A stretch of DNA of 29,429 bases from a virus (Duplodnaviria; Caudoviricetes): the IMG/VR virus record IMGVR_UViG_3300012953_000151, positions 1 to 29,429 of that record. One strand, given 5' to 3'. Under the pieces are notes generated by a model, which made no database searches, had not been told where the DNA came from, and was given only the letters and a program-made list of their open reading frames with translations. Both the position numbers and the translations under genes were made by a program. How positions within the stretch are numbered: the first letter of the stretch is position 1; every line of letters begins with the position of its first letter. Positions 17,001 to 29,000 of this stretch are shown here, piece after piece.

Positions 17001-20000
17001 GTTACGTACCACCAACTCCGACAAAGTTAGGATTATATCCTAGCTACGAACCAGAATTATATATTGATAATACCACACAGAGTGAAGGTCCAGTATCACC
17101 ATCTGGTGCATATAAATTTTATGGAACAGCTGGTTCCGATCAAATGGGTGCAGGAAAACTAGGTTGGTTTTGGCCTTTATATGCCACACAAGCAGAAGCA
17201 ATAGCAAATGATACAGAGCAAGGCGGCGCTGGTACAGCTCATACACATACTTTTGTAGGACTCAACAGAACATTTTATATGCCAAGTAGTAGTGCAAATC
17301 ACGGCACAACTGATCCTAGCGGAAACATAAATGAATGGATAGAAGGCACGCCTGTAATACAAGGACACGATGGAAGTAAAGTTGTAGCCTATAAAGATTA
17401 TAGAGACAATCTTATTTTAGAATTAGAATTAAGAATTTTTAATAACATCAAGATTGGTTACGACACAGATTTGTTTGATATTCATAATTTCCAAGGCGGC
17501 GAATATAGAACTACTGATTTCAATAAAGCATCAGTTGACAATCCAATGTTATCAGACTTTATACAATGGACTAATTTAGTCGACAAAGACTACACGGTAA
17601 ACGATTTTCATAATAGGACTAATACGTGGACATTTAATTATTCATCAGCATCATCACCTAATAATAAACAGCTAGTAGGCTTTTGGCGAGGAGTTTATAG
17701 AGATGCATATGATACTGACAGACCACATACACATCCTTGGGAAATGTTGGGCTTTACAAAAATGCCGAATTGGTGGAAAACACAGTATGGACCTGCTCCG
17801 TATACTAGAGACAATTTAGTATTATGGACAGATTTACAAAATGGCGTTGTTAGAGAACCTAAGAAAAAAATAAAAATTTTAAACAAATACAAAAGACCCG
17901 GATTATTAGCACATTTACCAGTTGACGAAAACGGTAATTTGTTAAGTCCAAATGATTCTGGATATGCACAAAGTTTTGACTCAGCAAGATTAGATGACTC
18001 TTTTAAGTTTGGAGATGAAGCACCAGTAGAAACTGCTTGGAGAAGAAGTAGCGAATACCCATTTAGTTTAATCACTGCTTGGACATTAAGCCAACCTTCA
18101 AAAGTATTAGCTACAGGGTTTGATAGAGTTAATCAAGTAAGAAATTTAACTAAACAAATAATTTATAAAACACAAAGTAATCAGATTAAATTGCAAAACT
18201 TAGTATTTCCAAATACACAGTTAGATAGCACACAAACCTTTACATCAGGGTTAGTAAATTATATCGCAGGATATATGGCATCTAATGTTGTTACTTCTTA
18301 TACTGAATACAAACAAAACATTAAATCAATTACTAATCAAATAGGTTTTAAAGTTGGTGGATATACAGATAAAAATAAATTTAAACTTATATTAGATAGT
18401 AGAACACCTCTTAATGAAGGTAATGTATTTGTACCTGATGAAAATTACAGTATTTTCTTAAACAAAAGTGCCCCAATTAAAACAATTAGCTACAGCGGTG
18501 TGATTATTGAAAGAAGAACAAATGGATATAAAATTAAAGGGTATGATAACTCATCGACAGCATTTAAATATTTCCCACACTTTGAAAGAGATAGAGATCC
18601 TGTAATTACTGTTGGCGGTACATCAGAACCTTTCTTAGAGTTTGAAGGTGGTAGAACATATGCAGTAGGAGCTATTGTAGAGCATGCGGGAAAGTATTAT
18701 CGTGTAACAAAACAGCACTTAGCGGGTCCTACTTTTGACGAATCTAATTTTGCATCTGTTCCTAAGTTACCATCTAGTGGAGGAAGAGAAATTATCCTTA
18801 GAAGAGAATTTGCTTCTTTTGCACCATTAGAATTAGCATACGGAACTATATTGAGGACCATACAAGATGTTTGTGATTTTTTACAAGGTTATGGAAAATA
18901 CTTAGAATCAATAGGTTTTGTTTTTGATAATTTTAGGAAAAGTGCTAGTGTAGTAGACGACTGGGAAACTTCAACAAAAGAATTTGCATTTTGGACATTA
19001 CACAATTGGGCAGAAGGAACTTTAATAAGTTTAAGTCCTGGAGCAAATCAATTAAAATTTACAACAGAATATAGTGTCGTTGATAATATATTTGATGGAT
19101 TTTTTGGATACACATTGTTAAAAGTTGACGGACAAAAATTAACTAATAATTTTGTACAAGTTGATAGACAAAACTCTAACGAATTTATCCTTAGACCAAA
19201 AAATACAGCTGACGGAATTTTTGCAATAAAATTACCTTGTGTACAAAAAGAGCATGTTGTTTTATTAGATAACAAAACAGTATTTAATGATACGATTTAT
19301 GATCCTGAGCCGGGTTATAGACAAGAAAGAATCAAGGTTTTAGGATATAGAACAACTAACTGGGACGGAAGTTTAAACATAGAAGGGTTTGTCTATGATC
19401 AAGCAACTATTACAGACTGGCAATCAAACCAAGATTACTTTATTGGAGATATTGTAAAGCACAAAGAATTTTATTATACTGCAAACAGTAAAGTTCCTGG
19501 CACAGAAACATTTATTGATAATCAATGGTCAAGGTTAGACTCAAAACCAGAATCTGGATTGACACCAAACTTCGAATATAAAACAAATCAGTTTGCTGAT
19601 TTTTATGATTTAGATAGTGATAATTTTGATAGTGAACAACAACGATTAGCACAACATTTAATTGGCTATCAAAAACGTAAATATTTAGAAAATATTATTA
19701 ATGATGATGTAAGTCAGTATAAATTTTATCAGGGATTTATTCAAGATAAAGGTACTAAGAATGCCCTTACAAAATTATTTGATGTTTTAGGAAATGCTGA
19801 TAAAGACAGTTTAGAATTTTATGAAGAATGGGCTATTAAACGTGGGCAATATGGTGCGGCTGCTGGATTCGATGAAGTAGAATATAAATTAGATGAAAGT
19901 AAATTTAGACTTTCTCCACAGCCTATTGAACTGGTAAAATCTGTAACAGGTGAAGAAACTGATTTAATTTATCGTATATTACCCTATGAAACATATCTAA

Positions 20001-23000
20001 AACCAAAAAATTATACGCATGAACCCTTTCCTAAAAAATATATTGCACCAGAAGAAGGATATGCATCAGATAGCGGGTATGTTAATGCAGATGATGTAAA
20101 ATTTATTGTAAAAAACTTTGATGCAATTTTGAATATAGATTTTTCTAATTGTAATAAAGGAGATCTTATTTGGGTAGGTAATGATCAGCTTTCTTGGAAT
20201 ATATACAGGCATGATGATACAGATTTAATTGTAGAAAAAGTTACAGGTGGCGATACCGAATTTACAGTATCATTAACTTCAACTCCGCAGAATATAAAAG
20301 CAGGCGATATATTTGGAGTTTATGATTTAATTTCGACAACATTAGATCCTGGAGATAGTACATTTGCAAACGCTCAAACAACTAAAGCAGCAGTTGGTGG
20401 ATTCTTTAAAGTAAAATCTATAAGTTTAGAAAAAGTTACATTTGAAAGTTCAGAAAAAGTCGAAGACATAGATGAGTGTATCGGAAAGTTAAGTAAATTA
20501 GTATCTGTTAGAACAGATTCGTTAGCCAACTTGAATAATATTGCACAAAAATTAGCAACACTTAAATCAAAATTTTGGATCGATCAAGACGCTAACAATA
20601 AATGGAAAGTATATGAAAATACACAAGCATTTACAAAGTTACAGGATATTAGTAGCGGAGAAAGTATTGCAAACGAAACTTTTGCAACATCTATAACTAC
20701 AAATAAAAGTAATACTGTTTTAGCAATCGGGTCACCCGACGAAGATGACGGTCAAGTATACATTTATACAAGAGGATCATCTACTGGAAACTTTGTCTTG
20801 TCACAAGTTATAACCGCACCTACAGATATTGCATTTACATTTAAAAGATTTTTTACAGGTGCAACTTATACACAGGGTGATCTTGTTAAAGCAAATAATA
20901 AATTTTATACAGCAATAGAAACACATACTGGCGGTGCCGATTTTGATACTAGTAAATTTACAGTTTTAACAGTACAGCCACCGTTACAAAAATTTGGTGC
21001 GGCTATTTCTTTGACAGAAGACGGAAAATATTTAGTTGTTGGCTCTCCTAATGCAAGTAAAGTAAAAACAAAATATAAAGATAATTATGATGCTAGTAGT
21101 TCTTATGTATTAGATGATATTGTAAATTATAATAATAAACTATGGAAAGCAACTACATCAATTGTACCTCAGTCTGCTAGTATACAGTTTACAAGTTTTG
21201 GTAGCGTAGTGCAACAAATAGAGTCAGTTGGTAACACAACACAATCTTCAGAACAAATAGACGTAATATTAACAGGTCAGTATCCGTTCACAGGTATTAA
21301 TGTTGATCATGTATTAATTAAAGCACCAAAGTTACAATATGCAGGTCTTGATATTAATGATCAAATTAAGCTGAAATGGAATAAGAAAACAATAGCTAAT
21401 CAAGAGCAAACAACCTATACAGATAAAGAACCTTTCCCAGGCGGCGGCATGCCAGCATTAAGCTCTACGTTCTTTAGTAGTACTCATCAAATACAGATGA
21501 AAGTTGATTTAATTCTAAACATTAATGCATTTACAAATAGACCTGTAGCAGGAGATAAAGTTCAGACACAAACAGGATCCGGTACAGTAGCATACTCATA
21601 TGAAGTTAGCGGTAGCATAGGATTATACCTAAATGAGATAACAGGTAGTTTTAGTTCCACAGATAGTTTATTCCTTTCTAATGGTGATTTTGTAGGCGAA
21701 TATACTACAGCTGCTCCTTCAGAAACAACAGACGTTAGTAGCTACTACGGTGGGTATTTTATGATTACTGTTCCAGGCGGCTATGATATTTTTTCAACAA
21801 CGTCGGATCAAGGTAAAGGTTTAGTCTTTCAAGAAGCAATTACTGATAGTTCAGCACCGTCTAATTATTATTTTAATTCACGAGATTTTGAGACATCTAC
21901 AATCTCAAGTGAAGACACTCTATCTAGTTACATAGAAACATTAAGTTATCAAGGCTTACCAGGAGCTGGCGGCGCAACTACTCCTTTTCTAAGTCCATAT
22001 TTTGTAGTTAGAGCTCCTAAAGCACTCACTGACACACTATCTAATGGCAGTAAATTTAAGATGTTAATACCATCGTTAGCAAGATATTCTTCAGGGATAA
22101 GCAATGATCCTTCAGCAATAGGATTATCTTATGCTGATACAAACAAAGAATTAACTGTATATGAGTTATGGGATGGATATATTAAATTTGGATTTACAAA
22201 GTTTAATCTATTTGGAGAACCTTTTGAGCCTAGGGTAGGTGATACTGTACGAGATGTAACTACAGGAGCAACAGCAGAAGTAGCATTGTATCAAAGAGAT
22301 GCATTAAACGCAACAATTTTTGTTAAAGATGTAGTTGGAGATTTTTCAAACGGATCATTATTCAGCAATAATGCGGAAATAGAGTTTATTGGAACGCCTA
22401 CAGACGTAAGTCCAATATATCAAGTTGATCGTGTAATGGGAGAGATACAAAGAAAGTCTTTAGGACTAGCTTCAGAAGGAATAGGAAAATTAATTGTTGT
22501 AGATTCGGGAGCAGACATAACTGTACCTACAACTTCTGCAATGACAGATACAGAGTATTGGTTCTATCAAGAAAATACAGTTTCAGGTGTGCCTGTTGCA
22601 GCTAATTTACCTTCCGCTGGAAATAATGACTGGGTAAATGTATACAGTATTCCTGCGGTAAGTGGAGCAACAGCAAGTACACTTGAAAATCAAGGAATGT
22701 ATTCAGTTTTTGGTACAGGAACAACTAATAGGTATGCATTTTTACAAAGTTATATTGTACCAGAAGCAAAGGAAGATTTTTATTTAGGATCTGAAATAAA
22801 GTGTGCAAAGAAAAATAACTTATACAGACTTTTTGTACATGCAGGCGAAGATTACAATACGTTTGGAACTTTTAGAAAATTAAATAAACAACTTGATGAT
22901 AGTACTTTCCAGCCAGGCAGAACTTATTTTATAAAACATGGAACAGATGCAGATGGTGATACTTGGAATTGGGAACTTGCTAAGGATAAAAAGTTTCAAG

Positions 23001-26000
23001 GTACATACTCGTCATTAGTAAGTTATCAAACTGGCGATATAATTTACCTTGATGGAGGTATCTACAAAGCAAATACAAACTTATCACCAGGAGTATTTGT
23101 AGGTGCAAATTGGACACAGCAAACTGAACCTTTAGATTATTTAGGTTATGTACCTAACAATACAGAAATATTACCAATTTTTGATAGTGCTGATCCTAGT
23201 ACGGTTTTAGATCAAGGTGGGCTATTTAATTTTAATAGAATAGATGTATCCGATGACGGTGAGGTACTCATAGGACTTGCTAGATATGATAGTGGCGAAA
23301 AATCACAACTAGTTGTTTATAGGAATAAAAACGGAAACTATCAAAGAACACAAAGTATAATGGAATCTAGTTTCCCACATCAAACTGATGATGACGATGT
23401 ATGGTCATTTAATAAAACATTATGGGGATCGGACATAGCTATTAGTGGTGATGGGACTATGATTGCAATTGGTGAACCTTTTGCAGAAACACAACGTAGC
23501 GAAACAGATCCTTCACGTATACAGTTTGATCAAGGTCGAGTGTTTGTAATGAAGAAAAATACAACTACTGGTTTATTTGAATTATCACAAACGTTGTTTA
23601 GTAGAGGTAATGAAAAAGTAGAACTATTTGGTATTAAACTTGCTTTTGATAATGAATTATTAGCTATTACTGCAAAAAATGCAGATTCTGATGCTAAAAC
23701 AACTTTTGATACTTTAGACTTTATACCACAAACAACCTGGGATAATAACTTTACTACTTTTGCTAAGAAATTTATTGATACTGGAGTTGTTTATCTATAT
23801 GAGAATATTGGCGGAAATTTAGTGTACGGACAAACACTTGCATTTAATCAATTGTCCGACTCTACGCAAGCAGTAGCTAATACAAACGCAAACAATAGTG
23901 TAAAAGATTTCGGCTTAAATTTATATACTAACAATAGCCATGTATATGTAGGATTGCCAAAACATACAGTCTTTGATGGAGAAAATGGAGCTGTAATAGA
24001 TTTTAGAAAAGATCCAACTAACAACATTTGGGAAGCTCATTCATCACCTAAAGATACTGTTGATGTAGCAAAAATTAAAAAAGTTTTATTATATAATACA
24101 AAAGAAAATAAATTAGTAAGTTACATAGATTACTTAGATCCTATACAAGGAAAGATTCCGGGTATAGCTGAACAAGAACTTTCATATAAACTACATTACG
24201 ATCCAGCAGTATATACAGTTGGAACAGCAGAAGTCAACACTGGTAAATCTGGAGTTTGGGGCGAAGAACAAATTGGAGAACTTTGGTGGGACTTATCTAC
24301 AACTAAGTTTTTAAATCCTTATCAAAGTAATACTATTTTTAGTGTAAGTAACTCTAACACACAGTTTACAGGAAATAGTATAGATGTATACGAATGGGTA
24401 GAAAGCACATTACTACCATCAGAATGGAACGCAACTGCTGCAACTACTGAAGGTGTAACTGAAGGTATCACAGGAACAACAAAGTACGGTGATACAGTTT
24501 ATGCAGTTAAAAGAGTTTATGATAGTATCGCACAGAATTTTTCAAACAAATATTATTATTGGGTAAAAGGAATAATAACTGCACCTAATATTGAAACAAG
24601 AAAATTAAGTTCTTTTAATGTTGCTAGATATATAGACAACCCTGCAGGAATGGGCTATAGGTTTATTAATTTTATAAGTCCTACAAGTTTTGTTTTACAT
24701 AATTGTGAAAGTCTACTTAAAGATAAAGAAGTTGCATTAAGCATACAATATTGGACAATTGAAAATCAAGATATTAATATACACAATCAATATCAATTGT
24801 ATACAGCAGGATTAGATACTAGTAAACCAAATGCAGATATAGAAAGAAAATGGTTTGACAGTTTAATTGGATACGATGATGCAGGAAGAATTGTTCCTGA
24901 TCCGAACTTATCAGCTAAAGAAAAGTATGGCATATTAAACGATCCAAGACAGTCATGGTTTGTAAATAAAACGGAAGCATTAAAGCAAGTAATAGATAGA
25001 ACAAATCTTGTGTTAAAAGAAAATTTAATAGTAGATGATAAAATTATTACACCACTACTTTCTAAACAAGAAGTGCCTCTAGCAGCTGGAAACACTTATG
25101 ATTTAGCTGTTGATACATTCCAGGATTTAGAGTTTGTAGGTACTGCTAAAGTAAAACAAGCTGTATTAACTCCAGTAATAGTAGATGGTAAAATAGTCAG
25201 AGTAACTATCACCGAAGCTGGCAGGGGATATAAAGTAGTTCCTAAAGTTATTATTAACGGAAGATTTGAAACATCTGCTGATATTACAGTTACAATCAAT
25301 AGTGTAGGTACTGTAACATCAGCGACAGTAAACAGTCAAGGAAGCGGTTACAGTTCAACTCTAACAACTTTAAGTGTTAGACGTTTTGCAGTTCTTGTTA
25401 GAAGTGATAGCACATTATCAGGCAAATGGTCCGTTTATGAAAGAAATGTTAACAACACATTATGGGTAAGAAAAGTAAGCCAAGTTTTTGATACTTCTTT
25501 ATTCTGGGATTATATAGATTGGTACGATACTGGATACAATGAATTTACCGATATAAATCATTTAGTAGATTCTAGTTATCAGTTAGAGTCTTTAGATGAT
25601 AATACAGGTGATGTAATCAAGATTGCAAATGTAGGAACTGGTGGTTGGCTATTACTAGAAAAAATTGATAATGCAGACTCGATTGATTATACCATAAATT
25701 ACAAAACTATTGGTAGACAAAATGGAACAATTAAATTCCTACCATCATTATTTAATACTAGTGTAGGATCTGGATTTGATAGTGCTAGTTATGATATAAA
25801 AGTTTATGATGTGCAGCCAGTTAAAGAAACAAGAATTATTCTTGAGGCATTAAGAGATAACTTGTTTATAGATGAACTAGCAGTAGAATATAATAATTTA
25901 TTTTTATCAAGTTTAAAATACGTATTCTCTGAACAAGGATTAGTAGACTGGGCATTTAAAACTAGCTTTATCAAAGCAAGACATAATGTAGGAGATCTAA

Positions 26001-29000
26001 GTAAAAAAACTACTTTTCAAAATGATAATCTGCCTAGCTATGAAGAATATCTAAAAGAAGTTAAACCTTTTAAATCTAAATTAAGAGAATATATAAGTGA
26101 TTATAATCAAATTAATGTATCTGCAAATTTAGTTACAGATTTTGATTTACCTCCAAGATGGGACGATATAACAAAAACAATTATTCCACCGTCAGTAAAA
26201 GTTATTGATAATGCTATTGTAGGAACAGATGCAGATTTAACAACGTATCCAAACAAAAACTGGGTAGACAATTTGTCTTATAAAGTGAAACGTATTGAAA
26301 TAGCTGATGCAGGTAGTGGATATACACAAGCACCAACAATTTCATTTGTTGGACAGGATTTAAGCACTACAGAAACAGGTTCAGGAACAGTAGCTATTGC
26401 TAAATTAGGCAGAGGCGGCCAAATTGCATCAATTGAAATTACAAATAAAGGCACTGGATATCTTAATCCTCCAGTAGTAGAAGTAAACGGATCTATCGCT
26501 GAAGGTGGCAGACAAGCTAAATTAGTCGCAGTCTTAGGTGACGGATTAGTAAGGGGAATGCATACTACTATAAAGTTTGATAGAATTACTGGAAAATTTG
26601 TAGTAACAAAATTAAGCGAATCACAAACTTATACAGGCTCTGGCAGTTCTTATATATTTGATTTAATTTTTCCAATGGATTTAAGAACAAATACTGTAGA
26701 AATAACTATTGCAGGTGAACTTTCTTTACAAAGTGAATATACATATGAAAATGTTAAAGATACCACAAAAGGTTATGATAGATATTTTGGTAGAGTAACA
26801 TTCACTAAACCACCAGCAAATAATACTGCTATTGTTATAAACTATAAAAAACCAATTGAATATTTAACAGCAGCAGATAGAGTTAGTCTAGCTTACAATC
26901 CGGTTGCAGGACAGTATGGCAATGATTTATCACAAGTAATGGATGGTATAGATTACGGCGGAGTTGAAGTTAAGAGTTTTGAATTTGGCGGAAACACTGG
27001 TTGGGATTCTGCACCTTGGTTTACTGACTCTTGGGATACTTACGACACTACCTACGAAGATGAGGTATTTAAACTTGATGGCAGTACCATAAGCATCACA
27101 CTTAGTAAACCTTTAGAAAACGGAGTAGTATATAATTTATATAGAAACGGTATTAGATTAGATGATCCAAATTGGGCACCTGAGCCTGGATATGATTCGG
27201 CACTAGTAAAAAATCCTAATGCTGTAATGCAAAGTATTACAGGAGATGGTGTAACTACTGTTATAGAATTACAAGAATTAGAAGTACCAACGCAAACCGA
27301 TGATGTTATTATAGTAAGAAAAGAAACAAGCGATGGTAGTTTTATTAATGACCCTGAAAGTTATGACACTAGTATAGTAGGTGGAACACTTGCATATAAT
27401 TCAGCTACAGGCTTAAAAGCAGAAGACATTACTATAGATGGTGACGGATTTGTAACTCCTACTACAAGTAAAGGACCTGAAGAAATTGTTCCAGGTCAAG
27501 TATTAGATGCTGTTGACATAAGTGTATTTGAAAGACCAGTCGGCGGAAGTAGTATATTAGTAAATAGAAACTATACCGGCGACGGATCTACTAAAGCGTT
27601 TGACTTAGGTAAGACACCATTTACAGGAAGTTCATTATTTGTTAAAGTAGGATCTGATATACTTGAACCTACTACTGATGATTCAACTTTAGGTTATAAA
27701 GTTAACTATGCTAATAAAACAGTTAACTTTGAAGTTGCACCAGCAGAAGGTTCTAAAATTAATTTAACATTAGTTGAAGTAGCAGGCTTGCAAATTTTAG
27801 ATATAGATAGTTTTGTAAGTGACGGAAGTTCAAATAATTTTGAAACAAATGTTCGTTGGACTGATAACGTACAAGGCATTGCAACTAGTAACGGTGTAAA
27901 ATTAGAAGCTGTATTTGTAAAAAGTACAGGATCACATCCGAACAATGTTGAACTAGTTTTAGCTTCACCTTTAAAAGCAGGTGATGTTGTTAGGTTTGCA
28001 TTATTCATTGGAGACGGAGATGAAATAGATTCATTTAGTCAAGTAGTAGTCGATGAATTTATTGCAGTTACACCACAAGGAAATGATACACTAGTATTGA
28101 GTCAAGCACCTTTCTCATATGGTCCTGCAGGCATACACACACTTGTACAAATAGGAGATGATATTTTACATTCTGGATTTAACCAGCAGTTTACAGTTTC
28201 GTCGGCAAGAGATTATAAGTTAGACCTGTGGCAAATACCTATTGCATTAGTACAAAGTTCACAAATTCAAGTTTATCTAAATGGTAGAATGTTAGAGTAT
28301 GCAACAGACTGGACATTTACATCAGCGGAAGCATTTGATAGTGATACGCCTTTAGATCAACAAAAAGGTAACACAGTAAAACTTGCAGATAACATAGGTG
28401 TAGCTGGAGATACATTATTAGTATATATTATAACAGAAAGTCAATATAGATTTGGTTACTTTGAGCAACAAGGTGATTCATCAAACGTATTTGTTCCAAC
28501 TCCAACTATTTGTTCTTTTGAAGTAGATAGACCAATTGGAACTAGAATGAAAGTTTATCAGTTTAGTAATAGCACGGCTCAAAAATTTGAAAGAGAATCT
28601 TATACTGTACAAGAAAATACACCTATTACAAAAGGAACACCTGAATATTATTTCTTAAATAATTTAAGAGCAGGGTTATTTAAATTAAGAAGCCCAGTAG
28701 TTGATTCTAAATATGCTTGGGTGATATTAAATAACAAACTTTTATTAGCAGACGTAGACTATAGTGTTACTACAGACAAAAATTTTATTAAATTAGTAAG
28801 TCCGTTAAATGAAGGTGATAGAATAGAAGTGTTACATTTTGGTAATCCAACAGTAATAACTAAATTTGCATTTAGACAGTTTAAAGATATGCTTAACAGA
28901 AATCATTATAAGAGAATAGATGGTGATAAGAACTTTATTCTTGGAAAAGATTTAACTCCTTATGATAAAACAATTGAATTAGTAGATGCTAGTGGTATTA

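Noticed and set aside
7074-28008. Short minus-strand ORFs (60-137 aa) opposite the structural genes
   Set aside because: All lie antisense within long, well-supported genes and show no recognisable motifs.
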